Of a stretch of 64,000 bases of DNA, positions 13,650-25,711 are shown one piece after another. Origin of the DNA: Octopus vulgaris (taxonomy: Eukaryota); contig OX597815.1 in NCBI GenBank assembly GCA_951406725.2, forward strand, positions 49,104,001 through 49,168,000. Direction: 5' to 3'. The translations under genes were made by a program, and so were the position numbers. The notes beneath the pieces are model-generated. The model made no database searches. It was given only the letters and a program-made list of their open reading frames with translations, and was not told the DNA's origin. Positions within the stretch are counted from its first letter, which is position 1. Each line of letters starts with the position of its first letter.

Positions 13650-13898
13650 ATTTCTCATCGGGGTCCATATAAAATTTTGGGGGAACCATGGAAAAATTAT
13701 GCTTCAAGCTAGTAAAGTTTATGTGCAATAAACTAGTTATACGTCCACTGTACACAAAATATTTTAGCAATTTTTGTACAAGTCCTAGTAATATTTAATT
13801 ATGAAAATACAATAGAATTTTTTTAAAACATGAGAGTCACCCTAAATAATACAGGAATGAAAAGGGTCCTTAGGTAAAATGTGGTTGAGAATCCCTGG
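13650..13898. mobile_element. hAT-like MITE remnant
   Basis: Ends ggttgagaatccctg (reverse complement CAGGGATTCTCAACC). Related to 30921-31152. Confidence 0.45.
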
Positions 13899-16476
13899 TC
13901 AAAATAAATCTTAATTAGTGTGGCAAATCTGGTGAGTGCCAATTCTAAGATTCCGTTTCGATATCCGGTTGGATATCACTTTCACCAAGGATGAAACAAA
14001 CTTATTTTATTTATACCACGTCAGAAGAAACCAACGTTATAGTGTGACAAGATTGATGTTGCTGAATCCACAGTTAGTTCCTTGTTTAAGACAGCTTCAT
14101 TTATATATTATGAGATTTCAGAGGCTTAAACACCTCATCACAGGGACACAAGTTAAGGAGTTCGCTTAACAATTATGAAGTCTAGGGCTCGATAATAGTC
14201 CGTGATAACTTAGGTAAGAGTCTTTTACCATAGCATCAGGTGGACGAAATTATGTCGACGGAAACTGTGTAGAAGCCTGACAGATAGACTTTTACCTTCA
14301 ATTTAAAGATTAATTGTGTCACAATCTTTCTGCCTAGGGGTATACGTGTCTGGGAAGCGTTCAGCTATTGACGCGTTAATTGAATGAGTAAATAGTTCAG
14401 GTGAGAGAAAAACAGAATATTCCTCGTTGAAACGACAGAGATCCATTGAATGCTTCACCACATCACTGCAGAGCATCTAAGTCCATCAGACATGGGTACT
14501 ACTAAAAACTGAAGGTAATTTTGGCGGGGTCGCAGTTTGTCCATGACTGCTTTACGTGGTCCTCGAAATAGCAGTTAAATCTCCCCAGAAGAACATCCTA
14601 TCATCTCTAAACACAAATATCATACTGGATAATAGGGTATTCCATACACTTTTCTTCCAAACAGGGAACGAGAGTACGACTGAAATACTTCTGTTCATTG
14701 GTTTATTCAATTAGGTCTGATTTGGGTATAAACAACAGCAACAACCTGGATATTTAACTAAAAGCAATTTTGGAACACTTTATATTTTGTCTGTTTATAA
14801 ATTAAGCTATATTTTGAATCTGAAATAATTAGTTTCTTAAAATTCTTTACTTAAATTTAACAGTTGTCTTTTATTAGATGTCGCTTAAGTATTTGTTTAA
14901 ATTTTTCCAGTACTCTAATCTCAATATTGCCAATTCTAAAGCCACTCTTTGGTAAAATGTCATAGAGATGACCTCTTGAAACTAAGTTTCCATAAATAGC
15001 AAAATTCCTTCAAGTCTGATAAACTCGGCACAAGATTTCACTTCAGTTTAGTATTTGCAGATTTAGTTTTGAAAACTATTTGTTATTTGACTTTTTGCTA
15101 AATGTTTTGTGAATTTTGTTGTGGTAGTTGTTTACTTGGTATTTTTGTCTTTTTTATTATTTCTTTCTACTTTGTTTCGTAGTAAATTCTCTTTTAATTT
15201 TCATAGCTATATAAGTTTTTTTTAAAATCTATTATGTACCTCCATCTTTGTTTGAAAGCACAATGTTGTTGTTTAGCTGTTATGTTAAAGTTATTGTATT
15301 ATATACACATTATTGTTAACGCATATTTGCTTTATTCTTGTTATTTATTTTTCTTTGGTTCGTATTAGTGGAAGGTGAAGAAAAAATAACACTATAGAAA
15401 GAAAATACATATAAAAGATGTTTGCTTCGGTCATGTGGATTTATTACACACACGAACCGTGTATGTAAGAAAGCTATCGTACATTTGATAGTGGTGTTAT
15501 TCTATCTTTTAGCTAGTTCTCTCATAACACAAGGCTGTGTATCTTTTACCATTTGTTTAGATATCAAGTACTAACAAAAAAAAAAGTTTCGATTAGTCCC
15601 AGTTTAATCGACATTGAACTGACGTCACTAGTTTATCGTTAACGAAGTATAAGAAAGACCGAAATCTTTCGTGGAACATTGTGCAGATCTTTGTTTTTAA
15701 CATGACATTATCGCTAAACTTCACCCTGATCCCTTACATTCGAAGATGTGAAAGCAGAGATTAAAGATATCTTTCTTTTTTTTTTTAGGTAGATATTTTA
15801 TTACTTATTTTGTTCTATTGGTTTCAGTTTTGTCTTGTTCTTTGATAACATTTCACACATTTATTTAGATATCATGGCACCAGAAGTGTCCTTTTTCAAA
15901 CGGTAACCTTATTGTTTCTATAAGATGTATTTTCTAACCGCAGGCTAAAATTCAGTCTGCAATAGGGAGCAATAGATACAAGAAAACAAACTACGCACAA
16001 AGCTTGACATCTCGAAAAAGGTCTTCGCTGAAGGGGGATTCCTTTTCTAGAGCTTTTTACTTATAAACAAAAGATATAAATGTAATTTACTTATTTTATG
16101 TGTTTAATATTGGTTTCTTTCGAGTCCAGCTCGTTATTTATCATTATTATTGTTCACATTTTACACTGTTAACAAATTTCCCTCAACAAATGGTACAGAT
16201 ATTTTTTTTCTTGAAGAGTCCCTAAATGCTATAGAAGTAGTCTCTCGTCCCTCTCCTTTAACCCGTAGCGAGCTGTTTTATGTGGTTAACATGCACAAAG
16301 CAGATTTGTTTCGGTGAAAAGTGAAACGTTCCAAAGGTGAAACGGTCACATGTCAAACAAGCTCAAAGTAAATCGAAAAGACTTCAAATGTTAATCAAAA
16401 CCTCGCTATCTTAGTTTGTCCAATGCTTGATCTTTGGTCGTTCTCAACACTCTATTCAAACATTTAACATATAAGA

Positions 16477-16773
16477 CGCAAGCATGGCTGTGCGGTTAGA
16501 AGCTTGATTCCCAACCACACGGTTCATACTTAAGCTCCACTGTGTGGCACCTTGGTCCGACCAAAGCCTTGTGAGTGGATTTGGCTGACGGAAACTGAAA
16601 GAAGTCCGTCATATATATTCTTTTACTTGTTTCAGTAATCTTAACGCTGTCATGCTAGAGTACCGCCTTAAGGGGTTTTGGTTGAAGAAATCGACTCCAG
16701 GGTTTCTTCTTTGCAAGAGTGGTTTCTTTTGCCGAACCTTTAAGTTACGGGGATGTAAACAAAACCGACACAA

Positions 16774-16829
<56 letters not shown>

Positions 16830-17295
16830 ACAAACACATACACATATATGACAGGCTTCTTATAGTTTCCGTTTACCAGATCCACTCACAAGGCTTTAGT
16901 CGACCTGAGGCTATAGTAGAAAACATTTGCTCAGGTGCCACGCAGTGGGACTGAACCAGGAACCATGTGATAGTGAAGCAAGCTTCTTACCGCATAGCCA
17001 CGTCTGACCTACACAGCCACGCCTGTGCCTTCACAGCCACACCTGCGCCATAAACATATATATGTGTATATGTCTATGTGTGTATGTCTTTGTGTCTGTG
17101 TGTACTCCCACCACCGTTTGACAACCGGTGTTAATGTGCTCATGTCCTCGTAACCTAGCGGTTCGGCAAAAAAAGACTGAGAGAATAAGTACCAAGCTTA
17201 AAGAAATGAGTCAATTTGTTCGACTAAAATCCTTCGAGACGGTGCCCCAGCATGGCCGAAGGCAAATGACTGCAACAAGTAAACGATAAAAGATA
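16477..17295 (+). mobile_element. SINE-B (+) with a second SINE-B (-, about 16617-17050) nested in its internal TA tract
   Basis: The head (16477-16612) and tail (17051-17295) are separated by a reverse-oriented, near-full-length copy. Confidence 0.8.
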
Positions 17296-17364
17296 TATTT
17301 TTTGTAAAAGTCACAGGTGTGACTGTATGACCTTCATGCATGCTTCCAAAATATATATATATTC

Positions 17365-18063
17365 TTTTACTCATTTACTTGTTTCAGTCAGTTGACTGCG
17401 GCCATGCTATAGCACCAATTTGAAGGAGTTTTGTAGCCAACTCCAGGACTTCTTTTTAAAGCCTAGTACTTATACTATCGGTTTCTTTTGTCGAACCGAT
17501 AAGTTACGAGGACATAAACACACCAACAACAGTTGTCAAGCGATGATGGGAGAACAAACGCAGGCGCGCGTAAACACACTTATATGACAGGCTTCTTTCA
17601 GATTCCGCCAAACAAATCTACTCACAGGGCTTTGGTTGGCCCGAAACTACAGTAGAAGACACTTGCCCATGGTTCCACGCAATGGGACTGAACCCGGAAC
17701 CATGTGGTTGGCAAGCAAGATTCTTATTTCTTTAGTACCCACAAGGGGCTTAACATAGAGGAGTCAAACAAGGACAGACAAAGGGATTGAGACGACCCCA
17801 ATTCGAAACTGGTACTTGATTTATCGACTCCGAAAAGATGAAAGGCAAAGTCGACCTCGGCGGAATTTGAACTCAGAACGTAGCGGCAGACGAAATACCT
17901 CTTTCTTTACTACCCACAAGGGGCTAAACACAGAGAGGACAAGTAAGGATAGACAAACAGATTAAGTCGATTATATCGATCCCAGTGCGCAACTGGTACT
18001 TAATTTATCGACCCCGAAAGGATGAAAAGCAACGTCGACCTCGGCGGAATTTGAACTCAGAAC
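17365..18063 (-). mobile_element. SINE-B (17365-17724) joined to a young-tail SINE-A dimer (17725-18063)
   Basis: Minus-strand junctions aaagaaaga|ggtatttcg (about 17899) and aaagaaata|agaatcttgcttgccaacc (about 17724). Confidence 0.8.
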
Positions 18064-18115
18064 ACATACATATATACATGCATACATACATACATACATA
18101 CATACAGACAGACAG

Positions 18116-18166
<51 letters not shown>

Positions 18167-18430
18167 CACATTTATGCGTACGTATGTGTGTGTGTGTGCG
18201 TGTGTCGTTGTGCCTGTTTGTTCCCCACTACTACTTGACAACGGCTGTTGGTTTGATTACATTCCAGTAATTTAGCTGTTTGGCAAATATGAGTGATGGA
18301 TTATGCTCCAGGCTTTAAAAAACAGATAAGTGCCGCGTCGATTTGTTCGACTAAATATTCTTCAAGGTCGTGTTCCAGAATGACCGCAGTCTAATGCCTG
18401 AAGCGAAAAGGAAAATGACCATCCCGAAAT

Positions 18431-18519
<89 letters not shown>

Positions 18520-19454
18520 TATATGTATGTATGTGTATATATACAAACACACATGCACACACAACACACACACGCACACACACAAACATACACACACTCA
18601 CACATATACACAACTATATATTTCCACTTAGTGGACACTGATGTTTTACCGAATATATAACGTGGCCATTAGCGAACACTGCCAGTACTCTCTGTGTTTA
18701 TTTATTTTTACTTCTTAAAGTAATTAATCAATTTAATTAATTTAATTAAGTAATAAATTAATTAATTTGTGCAAATTCTGCAGAAAGTTACTTCGTTATG
18801 CACTTATAAATGATATATACCATACATTAACAAAAACTGAAAACGGTTTTTTTATATGAAAGAAACAAGAGGAAAACGGGTTTTAGATTTGAATTCATCA
18901 CGTGGGATGGGCGCAGGCGAGGATATGTGGTAAGAAGTTTGCTTTCCAGTCGCATGGTTCCGGGTTCAGTCCCCACTGCATGGCACCTTGAGTTAGTGAC
19001 TTCTACTATAGCCCCGAACCGAGCAAAGCCTTGTGAGTGGATTTTGTAGACAGAAACCTCCAAAAAGCGTGTAATATGCAACACCAGTAGTAAGCGAAAA
19101 ATAGAACAGAGTGGTGACATTTAGTAGAGATGACCCGGAGGTTGTTGCTCTTCGATTACTATCGCAAACAGCGGCAGCTTTCTTCAACTGAACACACGTC
19201 GCTGATTTGTTAAAATTACCCAAATACGATACTTTAACACGAAATAACTTCTAAAGTACGAAATTTTGTCAAAGATGTTCAAAGTAAACCGTGTTCTGCG
19301 TGAGAAATTACACCAGTATACAAAGTTTCAATCTGTTAAGTTAAGAAAAAATTAATTAAAAAATCTGTGAGCCAAATTGAAGGCAGTGCCCCGGCATGGC
19401 CGCAGTCGAACGATTGAAACAGACAAAATATAATATACAATTTATATTTTTTAA

Positions 19455-19812
19455 TCTTTCGCTTGCTTCAGTCATTTGACTGCGGCCATGCTGGAGCATC
19501 CCCTTTAGTTGATTACATTGACCACAGGACTTACTCTTTGTGAGCCTAGTACTCATTCTATTGGCCGAACCGCTCCGTTATGGGGACGTAAACATACCAA
19601 CATCGGTTGTCAAGTGTGGGGGGGACAAACACAGACACATACGTATACACACACACACACATATTTGTATGTATAAATATATATATACGATGGGCTTCTT
19701 TCAGTTTCCGTTTACTAAATCCACTCACAAGGCTTCGGTCAGCCTGAGGCTATAGCAGAAAACACTTGCCCAAGGTACCAAGTTTCTTACCACACAGGCA
19801 TGCCTGCGCCTA
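19455..19812 (-). mobile_element. SINE-B
   Basis: Reverse complement of family B, with a partly deleted head. Confidence 0.85.
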
Positions 19813-19814
19813 TA

Positions 19815-19894
<80 letters not shown>

Positions 19895-19907
19895 ATATAT
19901 ATATATA

Positions 19908-20069
19908 CGCGCAGGAGTAGGTGTGTGGTAAGTAGCTTGCTTACCAACCACATGGTTCCGGGGTCAGTCCCACTGCGTGGCTCCTTCGGCAAATGTTTTC
20001 TACTATCGCCTCAGGCTAACCGAAGCCTTGTGAGTAAAGTTGGTAAACGGAAACTGAAAGAAGCCCGTC

Positions 20070-20124
<55 letters not shown>

Positions 20125-20385
20125 TGTGTGTGTGTGTGTGTATGTATATGTGTGTGTGTGTATGTGTGTGTGTCTGTTTGTTTGCACCCCCCCGCCATCG
20201 CTTGACAACCGATATTGGTGTGTTTACGTCCCCGCAACTTAGTGGTTCACCAAAAAAATACCGATAGAATAAGTACTATGCTTACAAAGTATAAGTCCTG
20301 GAGTCGATTTGTTTAACTAAAGGCGATGCTCCAGCATGGTTGCAGTCAGATTGACGGACACAAATATAGGAATAAGAGAATAAGA
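19908..20385 (+). mobile_element. SINE-B, full length with internal (TA)(TG) microsatellite
   Basis: gcgcaggagtaggtgtgtggtaag (A-box-like), ggttccggggtcagtccc (B-box-like), family body and aagag tail. Confidence 0.9.
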
Positions 20386-20725
20386 ATATATATATATAGG
20401 TCTAATTTACTTTGAACAAATGACCCAGCTCATTGGAATTATTTGACTGTCTTCTATCTCATTACATTATGCTAAAGACGCATTATACAGAAACAGTGAA
20501 ACAGATTTGTCCATAGATGTGGATTTTCCAGTAGGAAATATTGGAGTTTAAATGTTGAGTTATGTACTTATAGTGACGGTTTTGAGACAAAAAAAAAAAA
20601 GGAAAAGAAATACCTCAGGAAGAAAAAAGATAAAAGTAATCATAAGTTCCCTCCTTTATACGATAAATGGATGAACCAATAAATTCGTTATGAATAGGCT
20701 CTTGCACATAAACATATGCCTTCAA

Positions 20726-20765
<40 letters not shown>

Positions 20766-20933
20766 ATACATACATACATACATACATACATACATACATA
20801 CAAACGTATATATGCGAGAAATAGGGAGATAGCAAGGTAGATAGATACTCAAAAGCAGACACACGTACGTACGAATGTCTGTCTTCTGTCTGTGTGTATC
20901 TTTCTACTTACTTACCTCCCTCTTTCTCTCTAC

Positions 20934-20967
<34 letters not shown>

Positions 20968-21595
20968 CTTTAGAGAGAGAAAAAGAAGAGATAAAGAGAG
21001 AGAGATAGATACACTGGCGTGTGTGAATAAGCGTATGATGTATGTGGAATACAAGTGTGCGACAAAACACACACACACACACAAACACACACACACTTGG
21101 GGCGAGGGCGGTTATTTTGTGTATTTGTGAGCGGCATGCGTATGTAAGAAGGAAGCTGGGTTCTTTGTCGCCTTCCAAATTAAAGTTTTATCATTTCCTT
21201 GTGAACTACAATGCCCAACGGGGACAGCACTACAGTGCGTATGTGAGAAAGAGAGAGAAATTGAGAGTGAATGAGAGAGAGAAGGAGAGAGTGAATGAGA
21301 GAGAGAAAGAGGGGTGATGGTTGTAAGGGGCTGAATAGATTGGGGGAAGGAGAAGGTTATTAGACAGAAAGAATGGTGGTAGGTTTATGACAAGCATAAA
21401 CCAGAATCTGGTTCTTGTCATAAAAGTATCGTCTACGCTTTTAAAAGTTATATTGTTGTTGTTGTTGTTTCTTTGCTATAAGCACAACGACTGAAATTTT
21501 GTGGGGAGGGGGCTAGTCGATTACATCGACTCCAGTTACTGCACTGGTACTTATTTTATCGACCCCCGAATGCATTAAAAGCAAAGTCGACCTTT

Positions 21596-21627
<32 letters not shown>

Positions 21628-21628
<1 letters not shown>

Positions 21629-21815
21629 CCGGAGTAAGCACATAAATATGAAACAAGGTGGAAAAAAGAGTACTCAAATACCAGAGGTAGAGTAGTGTCC
21701 TTTACTTAAAAGCAGCAGAAATATAACAAAAGCTGTTACTCAGAGTTTCACATTCTCGTTCGTCGGCTGTCCGACGAACGGAAACGTGAAACTCTGAGTA
21801 ACAGCTTTTGTTATA
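21628..21815. mobile_element. Penelope-terminus-like repeat ending in a 45-bp-arm inverted duplication
   Basis: Arms 21722-21766 and 21771-21815 with 3 mismatches. Diverged homolog at about 38420-38580. Confidence 0.65.
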
Positions 21816-21828
21816 AAGTATATATATA

Positions 21829-22660
21829 TTAGGTCATCCCATAAATGATGCAGGTTTTTCAATTGCATGAACTAAAGGTCAGAGGAGTGCGGGATAAACT
21901 ACCTGCATCAACTTGCTATAAAAGCAGGTAATAATTTTACCTTGTCCTTATTCCTAGTGCAAGTTTTCGATTTTAACAGTTATTTTTTCAAAGCTATAAT
22001 GGATGTGACAAAGGTGCATACTCGGCATATTTTGCTTTATGAGCTCCGGGGATCGCGCAATAAGTGTAAGCTAGTGTCAACGGTGGTTCCAGAAATTCCG
22101 AGCCCATGCTAAAGAAGGTTTTCGTCCACGTAAGGTACTGTTATCTGTTTGCTGAGATATGAAAGGTTTACTCCACTTTAAACTGTTAAACCCAATCCAA
22201 ATGATAACAAAGGAGATCTACTGCAAGCAACTTGAGCGGTTTAAGTCAGCATTAGATGAAAAACTACCATCTTTGGTTTTAAGACGAAAGGTGTTCTTTC
22301 ATTACGAAATAGCGTGAACACATACGGTGAGGATAACATTCCAAATGCTGGACATTGCTCCATCTGATTCGCCGGACACTGCCCCATCTGATTATAATTT
22401 TTTCCGAAGTCTTTAAAATCATGTGGACGAAAAAAATATGAATTCTATAGACGAGATCAGAACAGTACTGGGGGAGTATTTTCCGTCACGGACAAGTAAA
22501 TTTTGGAAGAGGGGTGCTGCAAGTCAACCAGATTGATGGAAGAGCATTGTAGAAAATGAAGGAAAGAATATTTTAGATTAAAAAAGAACTTTGTTTATCT
22601 TAATTTTGAAAAATAAAAGAAGTATAAAAAAAGCCGCATTATTTATAGGATGACACGTAA
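21829..22660 (+). mobile_element. Internally deleted mariner (Tc1/mariner) transposon
   Basis: TIRs ttaggtcatcccataaatgatgc / gcattatttataggatgacacgtaa, flanked by TA. Confidence 0.9.
21999..22581 (+). pseudogene. Mariner transposase pseudogene
   Basis: MDVTKVHTRHILLYE...CQRWFQKFR...KVLLSV...IYCKQLERFKSAL...SPDTAPSDYNFFRSL...WKSIVENEG, with stops and deletions. Contains a YSPDLAPSDY-like motif. Confidence 0.9.
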
Positions 22661-22853
22661 TATAGTAATTGTTTAAGTAACCAGAAGATGGATTTGGTTT
22701 CATTTTGTATGATTATTGTTTCGACCCATCTCGTTACTGTCCCTTATGGGTGGGATTCTGTGCATCATGCGGATGACACCAAGTAACCCAAATCATGATA
22801 GTGCTTTACTGAACATGTTAACATACTAATCAACATATACCCATTAGTCCAAA

Positions 22854-22921
<68 letters not shown>

Positions 22922-23499
22922 GTGCTTCTTCTAGTTTCCGTCTCTCAAATCCACATACAAGTTTTCTGGCCAGCCCGCCGCTACGGTACAAGACACTTAC
23001 CCAAGGTATCATGCAGTGGAACTGAACCCAAGACCACATAGCTCGGAAGCAAGCTTCTTAATGACACACACACACACATACACACGCATACATGTATGCG
23101 CATAGAGTCCGGCGATGGTTTAACTGGTTGAAACTTCGAAGTCACTATCAACATCATTCTTACATAAGAATGTGTGTACATACCACTTCACAACTGACGT
23201 TGGTTGGTTTATGTCATTGCAACTTATGAATTCGGCAAAAAAAATCAATAGAATAAATGTCAGGCTTAGAAATAACTACTGGGAATGATTTATTTGACAT
23301 AAATTTCAAGGCGGTGCCCCAGCATGGCCGCAGTCCAGTGAAACAAAAGATAAAAGATAAAATATTATGTGTCAACGACTATGCTATCCAATGCGACAAC
23401 CCACATTCTTTCAGAGCAGCAGGATTTGAAAGGAAGGGGATTTAGTTACTATTTCTGCAATTCTAATGACCTGCATGGGAGGCTTTATTATATGTTGAT

Positions 23500-24010
23500 C
23501 ATCATCATCTTCTTCTTCTTCTTCTTCCAATCAGGACTCACGCCATTGACCACAAAGAATAATCTCTAATTCGAGCCTACTCTAAGCTACTAAGAATGCG
23601 TGTGGCAACTTGAAGATCCACCCATCACACGCGATAGACTGGCGGTTGCAGGGGCGCGAAAGCTACGTTGTTACGTTGTTATCCTCATTCCGTAAACGGT
23701 GGCTTTTAACGGGTGGAGAGCTGAACCATCCTGGGGTTCAGAGGATTCCGAATCTAGACTAGGGTCTGAAAGTTTACCGCACCATAGTGGGTTACACCAT
23801 GGTTCCTCTGCTTTGTGACAGAAGTGGGAAGAAAGAGTGAGAGAAAGTTGTGGTGAAAGAGAACAGCGGGGTTCACCTCCCCACGCCGGAGCCTCGAGGA
23901 GATTAGGTGTTTTTGCTCAATAAGCACTCACAATGCCCGGTCTGGGAATCGAAACCGCGTTCTCACGACCGCGAGTCCGCTGCTCTAACCACTGGGCCAT
24001 TGCGCCTCCA
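23500..24010 (-). mobile_element. tRNA-derived SINE family C with a long tail ending in (GAA)n(GAT)n
   Basis: Minus strand tggaggcgcaatggcccagtggttagagcagcggactcgcgg...gtttcgattccc contains A and B boxes. Confidence 0.8.
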
Positions 24011-24292
24011 TATGTTGATGTTGGGTTTATGGCGGTAAGATAACATTTAGAACTGTTGCATTCAATTCAATGGCTCTATTCAGAATGCATACACATGAGT
24101 ACGGCGCCCTCGGACAGACTGAACCAGTGGTAGGCGCAAACGCACACACATAAATACACACACACACTAAAATATCTATACACTTACACATACATGCACA
24201 CTAACATGTACACACCTATACACACATATGAACTGCTCACGATGTAGTTGATATCGAAAAATAGAACAGTCTTACGCGCCTTCAGCTATTTA

Positions 24293-24346
24293 AGTCTGAC
24301 GAGTCCTGCTGCTAAGCGTTTTATAGGTACGAAATCAATGGTCACT
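24293..24346 (+). ncRNA. Type I minimal hammerhead ribozyme motif
   Basis: CTGACGA (24296-24302), stem II gtcct/agg-t-ac, GAAA (24331-24334), stem III atc/ggt around loop aat, cleavage triplet GTC (24341-24343), stem I agt/act. Confidence 0.6.
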
Positions 24347-24386
24347 CTACGACCGGCTATAACTTTTAGCTTCCTAATATTTATAT

Positions 24387-24462
<76 letters not shown>

Positions 24463-24487
24463 ACACACACATCAATATTCACGTGCG

Positions 24488-24533
<46 letters not shown>

Positions 24534-24535
<2 letters not shown>

Positions 24536-24795
24536 CATCATCGTCATCGTGATCGACCAGACTATCAGATGTTGCTACACATCGCTGGTCACAATGCGCT
24601 TCGCATTGTTTTAGCCTTCAAATGACGCCAACAGAAGAAAGAGTGGGAGAAAGTTGTGGCGAAAGAGTACAGCAGGGATCGCCACCCCCACCCCCCCTGC
24701 CGGAGCCTCGTGGAGCTTTAGGTGTTTTCGCTCAATAAACACTCACAACGCCCGGTCTGGGAATCGAAACCGTGATCCTACGACCGCGCCTCCAT
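24534..24795 (-). mobile_element. SINE-C with an alternative 3' tail
   Basis: Same head and body as 23820-24010, with a deletion in the head, but a different tail ending in (GAT)n. Confidence 0.75.
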
Positions 24796-25406
24796 ATATA
24801 TATGTATGTATATATATATATAGAAAATGCCAACGCACGATACTCTCGGACCTTGTGTCACTCTGTTGCTTCTGTTAAATATTAATGTTTTGAGTTCTAT
24901 TTTTTCCTGTTCGCATCAACATACCTATATATAGTAGCTAGCTACTACTGCCTTTCGCATCAAGTAGTTGGCTTGACCACACGTATGTGTTTGTGCTCCG
25001 TTTGCCTTCAGGCATTTTTACCACAGCCAGCCCTATACTCAACTCGTCCTGTCGAAAGACGCTTGTCCTGACGTCCTGGTTTTGTTATGATTGTTTTTAC
25101 GTTATTTTGTATTTTTATCCGTGCTATCTTTATTGTTTTTACGTATTTTTGAAATTTTTTTCGAGTAACATCGTCTGTTTTTCCGTCACCGTGTTGTATA
25201 CTTTCGAGGTTTTCTTCCAAGGAATCTAATGCGATTGGCTTAGATTTCCCTTGGCGGGCTGCCCAGATTGGAGCAATCTCAAGATTAATCAGCCGAAATT
25301 GCGAAGATGATCTGGTTCTTGACTGATGACTGATGACTGTGTGTTTTTTTGCCGTCTTCAAAATGTTTCACGTTCTTGTCCCAGTTTGTGTTTTTTTTAA
25401 CGTTTA

Positions 25407-25447
<41 letters not shown>

Positions 25448-25638
25448 TACACACATATATATATATATATATTGATAAGAACGGTAAGACAACAAAAGAG
25501 ACCTCGAATACATACATATATATATATATACATATATAACATATATATAATGTGTGTGTGTGTGTAAACTTTCCTTAAATGCATATAGTGTGCTGCTTCC
25601 TTCTGCTACCTATGTGTACATATCTATTTACATATTAC

Positions 25639-25711
<73 letters not shown>

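Noticed and set aside
15869-15902. AG...GT-bounded segment reading IMAPEV (kinase-like)
   Set aside because: It is a single short motif with a weak donor site and no neighbouring kinase exons.
23940-24010. tRNA gene
   Set aside because: The tRNA-like sequence continues into a multi-copy SINE body; it is a SINE head.
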